A stretch of 61,857 bases of DNA, filler included, from Candidatus Woesearchaeota archaeon (lineage in GTDB: Archaea; Nanobdellota; Nanobdellia; Woesearchaeales; CAZJJJ01), in assembly GCA_046538795.1 (NCBI GenBank). It is 7 parts of 7 records of this genome, joined end to end, with 100 filler letters (N's around TTAATTAATTAA, not from the genome) between each part and the next. Parts side by side here need not be neighbours in the genome. Positions count along the whole stretch, not along the records: positions 9,847 to 19,535 come from JBKHIF010000053.1; positions 19,636 to 29,274 come from JBKHIF010000054.1; 5 more parts are not named here. The stretch is one strand, 5' to 3'. Each line of letters opens with the position of its first letter. The stretch's first letter is position 1. The position numbers were made by a program, and so were the translations under genes. The notes below the pieces were generated by a model. It was given only the letters and a program-made list of their open reading frames with translations, was not told the DNA's origin and made no database searches. Shown piece by piece: positions 10,400 through 20,734 of the stretch.

Positions 10400-12157
10400 A
10401 TGGGAAAGATACTTCCACTTGTTGGCGCAAGCCTGAAAAACTTTATGAGAAACTGGAAAAGTGTTATACTTCTCATAGTTTTTCCCCTAATACTTATAGG
10501 AAGCATCTTTCTATCATTCAATCCAGATGGAATACAGAAAATACCAGTGGGAGTGATAAATAATCAAGATCTTGAAATAAGCGAGTTTACCGATGCTGCA
10601 TCATATTTCCTTAAGGTGACTGAATTTGATGATCTTGGAACATGCACATCTGAACTTAAGAAATACAACCAGTACGCCTGCATAAATGTAGTTTATAACA
10701 ATTATATTCTTCTAAACGTAAATTTCGATAACACCCGAGAACCAATAATATGGGAGGTAGTCCAAAGGATAAAATCAGCAGTCGATTATCTCCAGAAAGA
10801 AAAGAGCAAAGAGATGGCATACAGCATGCTTGACTCTTTCAAAGACTCAGTAAACGAAATTGATGAGATCAAAGGCGAGATCAAAAGCGTAAATATCAGG
10901 ATAAAATCATATATTAATTCGATTGATGCAAGTATAGATGAGTTTGATTATATAAAAGAATATACTCTTGACAGTATGGATGAAATTGAGAAAAATATAG
11001 ACCAAATTGATAATTCCATAACAAGCATCGAAGATGAATATACATCCATCCACAATTCAAACATGAATGACATAAACTATCTTCAGATGGAAGCAGATTC
11101 TATAACAACAGTTGATGGAGAAGATTTCATCACATTGGAAAACATAATTGACACATCTCAAGACATGGAGATAGATAACACAATAAACAATAATCTTATC
11201 TCAAAAGAATTCCAAGATACAAGAAACTACATAAGCCACTATAGGAAAGAAAATAATGAGATTAAACAATCAATAGGCTCTATGGACTCATCAGTTTTCG
11301 ACCTTGAATATACTAAAGAAGGCCTATCTTCTATAAAAGATGATCTTGATTATGTAGAAAAACAAATAGTAGATGCTCAGGAAGTAAATCAGATAATAGA
11401 CCAGCTTGATCCTGAACTTCTGATAAACCCAATCATTGTAAGAAACAATCAGACTTACATTCCAAAAGTCGAAGAATATATCATAGGCAAGACTTTTAGG
11501 AAAAATAATAATGAAACTGAAGAGAATCTTCTCGAGTCAATAGTCAAAGGAATAAATCTAATAGGCCTTCAGACACTTTATCCAAACATACTTATCCTTA
11601 TAGTCATGTTCTTGTCATTGTTAATATCAAGCTTTATCTCGTTAAACGAAATAAATTCCACTGCAACCCAAAGGCATAACCTGATAAGAGGCATATTTTT
11701 TCCTGAAATAATATCGGTTTATTTCTCATCTTTAATAGTCATATCAATTCCACTGATCTGCATAGTGCTTTTGGGCCAGTATTTATTCAGGCTGCAAATT
11801 TTCCAGAATGCGCTTTACATATCCATGATACTCTTACTTTTGATAAGCATATTTATACTTCTTGGCATGGCATTGTCATATCTGATTAAGAAAGAATCAA
11901 TAACACTTCTCATAAGCACATTCATCCTTGTGTTTCTTGTCTTTTTTTCAGGATTCATGCTTCCTATAGAACGCATGAGCAATACAGCAAACATTGTTGC
12001 AAGCAACTCTCCCAGTACAATAAGCCTTTCTGCATTCAACAGGATAATTTTCTATAGTCAGGGATTTGAAGTGATCGCTCCAAATGTATACCAGCTTATC
12101 ATATGGTTTGGAACATTGCTTTTACTCACAACATTAATAAAATCAATGAAGAAATAA
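10400..12157 (+). CDS. ABC-2 type permease with large extracellular coiled-coil insert (YhgE/Pip-like architecture)
   Basis: N-terminal TM, about 350-aa soluble helical region, five C-terminal TMs with FFSGFMLPIERM. Confidence 0.8.
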   Translation: MGKILPLVGASLKNFMRNWKSVILLIVFPLILIGSIFLSFNPDGIQKIPVGVINNQDLEISEFTDAASYFLKVTEFDDLGTCTSELKKYNQYACINVVYNNYILLNVNFDNTREPIIWEVVQRIKSAVDYLQKEKSKEMAYSMLDSFKDSVNEIDEIKGEIKSVNIRIKSYINSIDASIDEFDYIKEYTLDSMDEIEKNIDQIDNSITSIEDEYTSIHNSNMNDINYLQMEADSITTVDGEDFITLENIIDTSQDMEIDNTINNNLISKEFQDTRNYISHYRKENNEIKQSIGSMDSSVFDLEYTKEGLSSIKDDLDYVEKQIVDAQEVNQIIDQLDPELLINPIIVRNNQTYIPKVEEYIIGKTFRKNNNETEENLLESIVKGINLIGLQTLYPNILILIVMFLSLLISSFISLNEINSTATQRHNLIRGIFFPEIISVYFSSLIVISIPLICIVLLGQYLFRLQIFQNALYISMILLLLISIFILLGMALSYLIKKESITLLISTFILVFLVFFSGFMLPIERMSNTANIVASNSPSTISLSAFNRIIFYSQGFEVIAPNVYQLIIWFGTLLLLTTLIKSMKK

Positions 12158-13708
12158 CTATTTTTTAAGATATGAAAATTTTTTTTTTCCAGAGAATAGA
12201 TCCTTTAATGTGTCATGAAGATTGCTAATCTTTACTCTTACCTGCTCTTCAGAATCGCGATCTCTTATTGTACAGTCTTCTTTTTCCAAAGAATCAAAAT
12301 CTATAGTAATTGCATAAGGTATTCCCTGCTCAGCAGCTCTCTGATATCTTCTTCCAATAGAACCTGAAATATCAAAGACAGCATTATATTCTTTTGAAAG
12401 ATCATCAAATATCAATTTTGCCTTTTCAGGAAGACCATTTTTTTTCAACAAAGGATATATCGCAAGATCAACAGGAGCCATATGATAAGGCACAGCAAAC
12501 ACTGTCTTTCCTTCTTCTTTTGACTTTTTCTCATAGAATATGTCAAGAAGTGCAAATAACGGCCTGTCAACACCAAAAGCGATCTCAATAACATTAGGAA
12601 CCTCTTTTTTATTTTCAGGATTTAAAGCAGTTAATTCTTTTTTTGAAAATTTTGCATGCTGTTTAAGATCATAATCAGTTCTGTCATGAACACCGCAAAC
12701 TTCTGTCCAGCCAAAACTTTTCAGATTGATCTCCACATCCCATGCATCATCAGCATAAAAAGCCTTTTCATCAGGAAAGTGTTGCCTTAATCTTATTCTT
12801 TCCTTTTCAATGCCCATCTCTAAAAACAGATTATATGCAAGATTAAGAGAATAAGCATAAGCCTTGTTTTTCAGAAAATTCTTTTTCACAGCATCATCAA
12901 GAGATATCTCTTTTATAGAATCTTTTTTTTTCTGTGCCTGGTAAGACCAAAAAGGCATCTTCTGATCCTTAAAAGAATCATAACGATCAAAAGTGTCTTT
13001 GTCTGCCTTGAATATGAAAAGCTGTGCTTCAGCCTGGGTGAACTCTCTCATCCTTAACATATATTGTCTTGGACTGATCTCATTTCTGTATGCTTTTCCG
13101 ATCTGAAAGACTCCAAAAGGAAGCTTTTTTCTGAAAAAATCGACATACCTAAGGAAAGGAAGATAAGTAGTAGTAGCTGTTTCAGGCCTGTTGTATGCCT
13201 CTGTATCAAGACCTATTGTAGTTTTCATCATAAGATTATGTCGTTTAATTTCCTGCTTAAAAGAGCCCTTGCACGAAGGACATTTAATCTGTTTTTCATT
13301 GATAAGCTTAAGAATATCTTCATCTTTTGTGGGTATCTGTATATCAGGAAATTTTTCTTCAAGAAGATTATCTGCTCTGAAAGTTGCCTTGCATTTATCA
13401 CATTCGATAACAGGATCAGAAAAACCGCCAAGATGTCCTGATGCTTCCCAGACCTCTTTTTGCATGACTGTAGGACATTCAACTTCCCAAAACAGATTTT
13501 TTCCAAAAACAGTTCTTATTACTTTCTCAACCTTGTTTTTTAGAAGTTTTCCTAAAGGAGCATAAGTATAAAATCCAGCCATTCCGCCATAAATCTCAGG
13601 ACTTGGTCCCCAAACATAACCCTTTTCCTGCATAAATGATATGAGTTCTTTCCTGAAGTCATCTCTTGCCTTGCCGGAATCAGATATTTCTTTATTTTTT
13701 TCTGCCAT
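12158..13708 (-). CDS. glyS: Glycine--tRNA ligase (alpha2 type)
   Basis: EIYGG, WEASGH, RPETA, IGKAYRNEISPR, REFTQAE, SGSIGRRY anticodon-binding domain. Confidence 0.97.
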   Translation of the reverse strand: MAEKNKEISDSGKARDDFRKELISFMQEKGYVWGPSPEIYGGMAGFYTYAPLGKLLKNKVEKVIRTVFGKNLFWEVECPTVMQKEVWEASGHLGGFSDPVIECDKCKATFRADNLLEEKFPDIQIPTKDEDILKLINEKQIKCPSCKGSFKQEIKRHNLMMKTTIGLDTEAYNRPETATTTYLPFLRYVDFFRKKLPFGVFQIGKAYRNEISPRQYMLRMREFTQAEAQLFIFKADKDTFDRYDSFKDQKMPFWSYQAQKKKDSIKEISLDDAVKKNFLKNKAYAYSLNLAYNLFLEMGIEKERIRLRQHFPDEKAFYADDAWDVEINLKSFGWTEVCGVHDRTDYDLKQHAKFSKKELTALNPENKKEVPNVIEIAFGVDRPLFALLDIFYEKKSKEEGKTVFAVPYHMAPVDLAIYPLLKKNGLPEKAKLIFDDLSKEYNAVFDISGSIGRRYQRAAEQGIPYAITIDFDSLEKEDCTIRDRDSEEQVRVKISNLHDTLKDLFSGKKKFSYLKK

Positions 13709-13797
13709 AGACGTGGGATTATTGATTATAATTTAAAAAGGTTTTTGTTTGAAAATTCTAAGTAACATTTAAAAATAAATATCCAATACTTTACAAC

Positions 13798-14493
13798 ATG
13801 ACTGATAACGACGAGAAAGATCAGATATATCATAGTTCACAACAAGAAATTGCAATAGATTTTGCAGTACAAAATGATTCTGGTAATTTTGATGATCTTA
13901 AAAGATCACAGCTTGAAGAAGTTCTTAGAGAAACACCTGGAATAATACCCGAAAGAATAGAAGAAGCACTTGATTATGCCTTGGGAACAGAAAATAGATT
14001 GCAAAGTAAAGCAAAACAAATATCACAATCTCTTGCAAGATCTTCTGAATCATTTTCTGACATGCTTGAAAATATTTATCAATCGCTTGAGACAGCATAT
14101 AAAGGTCAAAAAGAAAAATACCGTGTTATTCTGAATAACCTGGGTCAACCTGTTGATGGAAATAATCATTCGGCAGAATTAATTTTTGATCCCTCAAAAA
14201 ACAAGCTTAGTATCAAAATACAAAGGTATAGTCGTCAATTAGGGAGATATCTTTCTCAGGTAGTTGAAATAAAAAAAGGACGAAAAGGCCTAAGAAACAG
14301 GTTTATGACTTTTGACGAAGATTCTCCAGGTTTAGGCCATAGAATCTATAATAAAGAAAAATATTCAGAAGAACAATACCTTACCCATGTAAGATCACAT
14401 AATGACATACTTACATCTTGGCAGGATCTTCCAGAAATACTTGAAAAACATTTTGATTTCAAAGACAGGCAATACAAAGAATGTGAATTCTAA
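13798..14493 (+). CDS. Hypothetical protein, paralog of 14494..15273
   Basis: 231-aa ORF with upstream TATA; shares N- and C-terminal motifs with the next ORF. Confidence 0.7.
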   Translation: MTDNDEKDQIYHSSQQEIAIDFAVQNDSGNFDDLKRSQLEEVLRETPGIIPERIEEALDYALGTENRLQSKAKQISQSLARSSESFSDMLENIYQSLETAYKGQKEKYRVILNNLGQPVDGNNHSAELIFDPSKNKLSIKIQRYSRQLGRYLSQVVEIKKGRKGLRNRFMTFDEDSPGLGHRIYNKEKYSEEQYLTHVRSHNDILTSWQDLPEILEKHFDFKDRQYKECEF

Positions 14494-15273
14494 ATGAAAG
14501 ACGATTATTTGACACCTGAAGAGGAAAAAGAAGTAACTGATCTCGTGTTAAGCAGAGGAATAGATCTTGAATCATCAAATACAAGAGTATCTGAACTTGA
14601 AGAAACACTCAAAGAGATGATAACTGAATTTGGCGGTGATGAGACAAGAATAGTTCCGGCACTTGAATATGTCTTAGGTAAACGGGATCTATCTTTTGAA
14701 TCAATATCAGATAAAGGAGCAAGTTCAAAAAAGCGGGCGATTGAAAATCTAAGAAATTCATTGATCTCAGTAAATGATGCTATTATGGGAATGTATCCTG
14801 AAATATTTTCATATGAAGAGATTTACATTCCATCAAACCTATTTGACGGTCATAGTTATAGGATCTACCTAAGAAAACATTCTCCAGATTATCAAATTCT
14901 AAGAAAAAACCATGAAACTAAAAACAGTACACTAGAGATTGATTTTAGAGATGAATCTCCCGGAAACAATGAAACGTTATCAAACATAACAATTTACGAT
15001 GACCTTTTGATAGAAGATACATTGCTTGCAAGATTAATCAAAAAATTAGAACTATTTGCAACAATAGATTTCAAAACAAGACATAAATATGAAATCTCTT
15101 TGAAAATACATGGAAACCCAAGAACCTTGGAAAATGTTTTTGATTTCTTATCACCAAATGATAAAAGACACAAAAAAATAATACAAGGATTAACAGAACT
15201 TCCTAAAGCAGTAAAAAAATATATAGAAAAAAAATCTGATTACTACGATTCTTTTTCTTTCGAAGAGATCTGA
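14494..15273 (+). CDS. Hypothetical protein, paralog of 13798..14493
   Basis: 259-aa ORF starting immediately after the previous stop (TAAATG). Confidence 0.7.
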   Translation: MKDDYLTPEEEKEVTDLVLSRGIDLESSNTRVSELEETLKEMITEFGGDETRIVPALEYVLGKRDLSFESISDKGASSKKRAIENLRNSLISVNDAIMGMYPEIFSYEEIYIPSNLFDGHSYRIYLRKHSPDYQILRKNHETKNSTLEIDFRDESPGNNETLSNITIYDDLLIEDTLLARLIKKLELFATIDFKTRHKYEISLKIHGNPRTLENVFDFLSPNDKRHKKIIQGLTELPKAVKKYIEKKSDYYDSFSFEEI

Positions 15274-18114
15274 TCATTCAACCAAGATTGCCGGTTTTCC
15301 GGGCATTGCTTGTTTTGATTTATTTTCGTCTGAATCTTGTGCCTTGATTATTTCAACATCACAATCAAATTCAGATTTAATTGAATCAGATATTTCATTT
15401 AAGAAATTAAATTCTTCTTCAGCAGATAAATATTCAGGAAGACCTTTATTCAAGAGATTCGGAAGCATCTTTGTAACATCTTTTGAACGTTTTTTCAGGT
15501 TTTCATCTGACATGACTTTTCCGATGACAGACTTGAAATCACGATTATTATTTTCAAATTCAGTTTTCAGAACTTCATAAAGATCATATTTCCAAGCTTC
15601 TGAAATAAATATCCTTATCTTTGATAGTGTATCAAGCTTTGCAAGATTTTGTACAGTCCTTATATCACTAATAGTTCTATCAGCAAGCTTTTCCTTGATA
15701 TTAAGTTCTTCATTTATCTTTGATTCATCAGCTAAAGGCCATTTTGCATTTGAAATATAACCATCCTTTCCTATAGCTTCCCATATTTCTTCGCAGATAT
15801 GTGGCGTATAAGGAGAAAGCATGACTGCCTGGTCTTCTATGAATTTATTGATAAGCCATTCATGAGGATCATTATTTGTTCTCTTAAGATAATATTTCAA
15901 AGATGACTGCATCTCAAAATATATCTTCTGTAGAGCAGTACGGAAAAGAGTCTGTTCCATTGCAGATGTCGCTTCTTTGATTATCCTATTAATTTCTGAC
16001 TCAAACCAAGAATCGATCTGAGTCCAGTCTTCTCGTTCATGTTTTCCATAGTTATCTTTTGCAAAATCAAGCATGTTAAGAAGTTTTCCGACAATCGATT
16101 TAGCAAAATCAGTATCCCAGTTAGGATCATCAAGCTCTTCTCCTCCATTAAGTATTGTCATCCTGGAAGCATCAGCCGTAAAATCAGTAGCCATGCGTCT
16201 CATAGGTATCATATTCCCTAGTGATTTTGACATCTTCTGGCCATCTACAGTAACCCAGCCGTTTGCACCGATTCCTTTAGGCCATTTGTCTTTTGGAAAT
16301 ATCGCTACATGATTAAAGATGAAAAATGTAAGATGATTCTGTACAAGATCCTTGCCAGAATTTCTGAAATCCATAGGATAGAAATATTCAAAATTCTCTT
16401 TCATAGAATCAATACCTTCTATATCCGGCTTGGTTCCTTGTGAAAGAAAAATATAGTCAAAGAAATTATCATCTATCTTTTCAAGATCAACAGATTCTAT
16501 CATGTGAGCTATAGTATAATATGCCATGTAGATGGTACTATCTGAAAGAGATTCTATAATCCATTTTTCATCCCATGGAAGCCTTGTTCCAAGACCTTCT
16601 TTTCTTGTACATGCCCATTCATGAAGCCAGTCAATAACATAATCAAACTGCGCTCTTGCCTTTTCAGGATAAAGCTCCATCTGATCAAGACACTCATGCG
16701 CAAGCTTTTTCCATTCAGGATCATTGTAGTTCATGAACCACTGGTCATCGACAATCTTTACTACACATTCAGTAAGCGTTCTTGAAACAACCTTTCCTGT
16801 AAGTTCATAGAACTTGTATATCATGCCTTTTTCAAGGAGATCATTTTTTATTATCTCCTGACCGTCTTTTACAAGCATTCCTGAAAGATCCTTGGAAAAT
16901 CCTTTTTTGTACTTATCATTGAAAGTTGATTTGTTGAAAGTTAATGTATAAAGCTCTTTTTTGATATTATCAAGTTTTTTTCGGTCATTTTGTGATTTCA
17001 CACCATACTTGTCAAGAAAGTTTTTTGCGGGTATCTTTCCAAGACCAGGTGTTTCAAATATTGCAATAGGTTCAATTGACTTTATCTCCTCTTTATCAAG
17101 ATTATATTTCTCAAGAAGCTTGTCATCGTCCTGGATATTTCTTAAAGCAATAAGATCATCTGCAGAATCAGAAGGAACAGAATGAACCACGCCCGTACCA
17201 TAATTGCTGTCAAGGAAAGTTGCCGGAAGAACAGGAACTTCCAATGCTGAAAATGCTTCAGTAACCTTTTTTCCAACAAGATCTATTCCTTTGACAGTTT
17301 CCTTTTCGCTAACATCAAAATCCTGATATTTCAGTTTTTCAACAGCGGGCTTTCCAACGATCCATGTTTCATCCTTAGTCTCGATCTCAACATATTCCTC
17401 GTCTGGGTTCACATAGACATTTGTGATTCCCATCAAGGTATCAGGACGAAGCGTTGCTGTAACAAGATATCTTCCATCATCAAGCTTAAATCTAAAAAGG
17501 CAGAATTCCTGAGGAACCTCTCCTTCTCCTTCTACTCTTGCATGATCCCCTACAGCACATTTCTCAACTGGATCCCAGACAACAGGAAATTTTCCTTTTA
17601 TTACATACCCTTTTTCCTTAAGCTTTCTGAACTGCCATCTTATAAACTTGTCATAATATGGATTAAGAGATGTAGTATAGAATGTTCTTCGCCAGTCTAT
17701 AGAAAGGCCCATGGCCTTGTAATCCTTATGATATTCAGGTGCAAAGAACTCGACCCAATGCTCAGAATCTTCAAATTTAGGAATATCTTGCTCTGATATT
17801 CCCATATCATTCATGATTTTCATTTGTTTGGGTTCACGTGTCTTCACTCTTTTTGCAGCATTAACTATAGGAGAACCTGTAATGTGCCAGCCTTGCGGAA
17901 ACAAAACATTATGGCCCTTAAGCCTCTTGTATCTTGCAAAAGCCTCTACACGCATCATGGTATAAAGATGACCTATATGAGAAAAACCATTTATGTACGG
18001 ATAAGGAAATGATACAAAAAACTTATCTTTTGAATTGTCAGGATTTGCTTCAAATATCTTAGCTTCATTCCATTTCTTCTGCCACTTGTCCTGAATTTCT
18101 TTTAAACTTGCCAT
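15274..18114 (-). CDS. leuS: Leucine--tRNA ligase (archaeal type)
   Basis: FPYPYING-HIGH, ATLRPDT editing domain, GTGVV, SGKDLVQNHL, KMSKS, C-terminal AMPGKPAI. Confidence 0.97.
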   Translation of the reverse strand: MASLKEIQDKWQKKWNEAKIFEANPDNSKDKFFVSFPYPYINGFSHIGHLYTMMRVEAFARYKRLKGHNVLFPQGWHITGSPIVNAAKRVKTREPKQMKIMNDMGISEQDIPKFEDSEHWVEFFAPEYHKDYKAMGLSIDWRRTFYTTSLNPYYDKFIRWQFRKLKEKGYVIKGKFPVVWDPVEKCAVGDHARVEGEGEVPQEFCLFRFKLDDGRYLVTATLRPDTLMGITNVYVNPDEEYVEIETKDETWIVGKPAVEKLKYQDFDVSEKETVKGIDLVGKKVTEAFSALEVPVLPATFLDSNYGTGVVHSVPSDSADDLIALRNIQDDDKLLEKYNLDKEEIKSIEPIAIFETPGLGKIPAKNFLDKYGVKSQNDRKKLDNIKKELYTLTFNKSTFNDKYKKGFSKDLSGMLVKDGQEIIKNDLLEKGMIYKFYELTGKVVSRTLTECVVKIVDDQWFMNYNDPEWKKLAHECLDQMELYPEKARAQFDYVIDWLHEWACTRKEGLGTRLPWDEKWIIESLSDSTIYMAYYTIAHMIESVDLEKIDDNFFDYIFLSQGTKPDIEGIDSMKENFEYFYPMDFRNSGKDLVQNHLTFFIFNHVAIFPKDKWPKGIGANGWVTVDGQKMSKSLGNMIPMRRMATDFTADASRMTILNGGEELDDPNWDTDFAKSIVGKLLNMLDFAKDNYGKHEREDWTQIDSWFESEINRIIKEATSAMEQTLFRTALQKIYFEMQSSLKYYLKRTNNDPHEWLINKFIEDQAVMLSPYTPHICEEIWEAIGKDGYISNAKWPLADESKINEELNIKEKLADRTISDIRTVQNLAKLDTLSKIRIFISEAWKYDLYEVLKTEFENNNRDFKSVIGKVMSDENLKKRSKDVTKMLPNLLNKGLPEYLSAEEEFNFLNEISDSIKSEFDCDVEIIKAQDSDENKSKQAMPGKPAILVE

Positions 18115-18166
18115 AAGAATTTGATAATTATTGTTTATTTAAAAATGTTTATGGTTAAAAAATAAT

Positions 18167-18904
18167 TTAAAGAGAATATTCGCTTTTTATTTTCATTCCA
18201 GTAAATTCATCATCTTTCTGGAAGCGATCAACTTCATATATCTTGAATTTTCCTTCCATGGTTGCTTTAAGTATGTGCGGATCATCAGGAAACAACTTGT
18301 ATTTTTCAAAATCTTCAATCTTTATCCATTCAAAAGTACCTTCTCTATTTTCTGGAGTAATCTCTCCTTTTGGATTTTCAGCCTTTATTATAAACTGTGT
18401 ATGATGATAGCTCAATTTATCATTATTGTATGTAACAAAATTATAAAGAGAAGCTATTTTTAGGTCAGCAGTAAGACCTGTCTCTTCCATGAGCTCTTTT
18501 TCTGCTGCTTGAAGGATCTCTTCTCCAAAATCAATCTTCCCGCCCGGAAAGCCATAATAATCATAAAACGGTTCTTTAAGCCTGTGATGAAGAAGAACCT
18601 TTCCTTTGCCATCAAAAGCAACAATCAGAAGGCATATCAATGGTTTTTTCTTTTTTGAACCGTCCTTTCCTTCAAGAAACACAGCAATCTCTTTTCCGGC
18701 TGCACTTAAGAAATATCTTCCTTCTTTCTTTTCGATAAGGTCTTCTTCTTCAAGCTGCTTTATGTGGTATGCAAACTTGTTTGATTCGATCTCATCTTTT
18801 TTCCAGAGTTCATTAAAAGTACTTCCAGGATAATGAATCAATTTCTGTATTATCGATTGTCTTACTGGATTATTCACAAGCAAATCATTATTTTCTTCTG
18901 CCAT
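18167..18904 (-). CDS. Winged-HTH (ArsR-like) / Nudix hydrolase fusion
   Basis: N-terminal RQSIIQKL..STFNEL..KFAYHIKQL; Nudix box GGKIDFGEEILQAAEKELMEETGL. Confidence 0.85.
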   Translation of the reverse strand: MAEENNDLLVNNPVRQSIIQKLIHYPGSTFNELWKKDEIESNKFAYHIKQLEEEDLIEKKEGRYFLSAAGKEIAVFLEGKDGSKKKKPLICLLIVAFDGKGKVLLHHRLKEPFYDYYGFPGGKIDFGEEILQAAEKELMEETGLTADLKIASLYNFVTYNNDKLSYHHTQFIIKAENPKGEITPENREGTFEWIKIEDFEKYKLFPDDPHILKATMEGKFKIYEVDRFQKDDEFTGMKIKSEYSL

Positions 18905-18939
18905 AAGAACAAGAAATCAGTTGCAATATAAAAATAGAT

Positions 18940-18959
18940 ATCTCAAAAAATCTTGAGAT
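18940..18959. promoter_or_regulatory. Palindrome ATCTCAA-N6-TTGAGAT, candidate operator next to the TATA box of the wHTH-Nudix gene
   Basis: Perfect 7-bp inverted repeat just upstream of TTTTTATA on the minus strand (about 18927-18934). Confidence 0.35.
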
Positions 18960-18967
18960 TAAATGAA

Positions 18968-19441
18968 CTATTCAAGATGAAAATCTCTGCAGATCTCAAC
19001 AAGTCGTGATGCAGTATTATCAAGCTCATGAGTATCTTTAATCCTTGGACCTATCTGCGTATAACTGCCATCAGAACTTTTAAGGATCCTTGCCATATCT
19101 CCTGAATCTCCAGTTTCATGATATATATCATAATTCTTTTCGTCCTGAAAATTTCCAGAATACATTACATTGAAAGTCATGGAGCCAAATATCCTGTTTT
19201 CAAAGAAAGCAACTTGCGAATGCTTATGATTTTTCAAATAAAGATCATCTGGATTATCCTGAAGCGCCTGTTTGTCGCATTCGTCAAGAAGAAAACCCGG
19301 TTCATATCTGACTCGATCTCCATCTATTCTAAAACCATTATTGATAAGAACTCTTGAAAGCCTCTGTGCGTTTCTTTTTCCCCGGTCATATCTTCCTAAA
19401 AAGAAAGACATGTAGTCATCGTTGTCAAAACAACCGTCCAT
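18968..19441 (-). CDS. Hypothetical protein
   Basis: 157-aa ORF, ATG about 25 bp downstream of a TTTTATAT box. Confidence 0.65.
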   Translation of the reverse strand: MDGCFDNDDYMSFFLGRYDRGKRNAQRLSRVLINNGFRIDGDRVRYEPGFLLDECDKQALQDNPDDLYLKNHKHSQVAFFENRIFGSMTFNVMYSGNFQDEKNYDIYHETGDSGDMARILKSSDGSYTQIGPRIKDTHELDNTASRLVEICRDFHLE

Positions 19442-19535
19442 TTCTTAGAAAAAAGATATTTTATATAAAAAAATTTTGGTGATATAATCAACAATAAATC
19501 AAAAACAAACCATACAAAAATATAAATTAAGATGA

Positions 19536-19635
19536 NNNNNNNNNNNNNNNNNNNNNNNNNNNNNNNNNNNNNNNNNNNNTTAATTAATTAANNNNNNNNN
19601 NNNNNNNNNNNNNNNNNNNNNNNNNNNNNNNNNNN
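19536..19635. other. Artificial contig linker
   Basis: N run with TTAATTAATTAA. Confidence 0.99.
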
Positions 19636-19636
19636 A

Positions 19637-20734
19637 ATTCATGACTCAAATAGTGAGGGATTAAATCTTAGATTATACGACTATATCGTTGCTTACAATA
19701 ATCTATTCAATAATACTAACAACATATTTTCCTGGGATTTTGATGAAGATAATTTGAACACATGGAACACAACTCTTCAGACAGGAAACAGGATTACTGG
19801 TGCAGGAAGCTATATCGGAGGAAACTATTACGCAACTCCTGCAGGAACCGGATTTTCAGAAACATGTGCAGATGCAGACACAGATGGAATATGTGATTCT
19901 CCTTTCAACTTACTTAATGAATCATCATGTACAGCAGGAGTCGATTGCTCAAACAACACTGATTACCTTCCTTTAAGTAGCGGTTTCGTACCAAATAGTC
20001 CGCCAACAATAGAACTAATATATCCTGGTGACGGAAACTCAACAATAAATAGGACACCTACACTCATATGGAATGCAACTGATGATGATGGAGATCAGAT
20101 GAATTTCACAATAAACATAACTTGCCATCCTGCATGTTCAGATGATAATAGGTATTATGAGACTGGATTTACAGACCAGTTCAACTACACGATACCAGTT
20201 GATCTTAAGTATCTCTGGGATGACAACTACTATTACAATTGGACTGTCAGGGCCTATGATGGAATGTTATATAGTGACTGGGCGCCTGAATGGAATTTCT
20301 CTGTTAAATCGCTTGTGATGTTAACTTTAGATCCAAGTACAATACACTTTGGGACAGCATCTGTAAACGAGTCAAATTCAACAACAGACGACATTCCTCT
20401 TCCTATAGGGATACATAATGATGGAAACTGTTATCTTAATATCAGCTTTGAAACTGATGATTACCTATGGGATTCGGTCGAGTCTCCAAGCGACTACCAT
20501 TTATTAAAGACAGATTATCTTGGGACAGAAACAAGCGCATTTGATTATGCACAGTCAACAACATCGTGGACACAGGTAAGTACGGCAAACAACACAATAG
20601 TAGCTTACTTAAATTATTCAGAAAACAACAACTCTGCTGAACTAGACATGAACCTGACTGTTCCCTTTGCAGAACCGACAGGACTAAAGAATCTTACATT
20701 TACTATAGTAGGTGAGTATGTTTCAGTCAATTAA
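19637..20734 (+). CDS. Surface protein, 5' truncated: end of NosD/CASH beta-helix, Ig/Fn3-like domain, C-terminal pilin-like beta-sandwich
   Basis: YNNLFNN..GGNYYATPAGTGFSETCADADTDGICD (NosD-type end); NSPPTIEL..WNATDDDGD..YNWTVRAYDG; C-terminal IHFG..IHNDGN..LTVP..G; frame open from the contig edge. Confidence 0.8.
   Translation: MHDSNSEGLNLRLYDYIVAYNNLFNNTNNIFSWDFDEDNLNTWNTTLQTGNRITGAGSYIGGNYYATPAGTGFSETCADADTDGICDSPFNLLNESSCTAGVDCSNNTDYLPLSSGFVPNSPPTIELIYPGDGNSTINRTPTLIWNATDDDGDQMNFTINITCHPACSDDNRYYETGFTDQFNYTIPVDLKYLWDDNYYYNWTVRAYDGMLYSDWAPEWNFSVKSLVMLTLDPSTIHFGTASVNESNSTTDDIPLPIGIHNDGNCYLNISFETDDYLWDSVESPSDYHLLKTDYLGTETSAFDYAQSTTSWTQVSTANNTIVAYLNYSENNNSAELDMNLTVPFAEPTGLKNLTFTIVGEYVSVN

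Noticed and set aside
12157..15274. Zero-gap abutting of convergent stop codons (permease/glyS and hypothetical/leuS)
   Set aside because: Consistent with ordinary compaction of a small genome.
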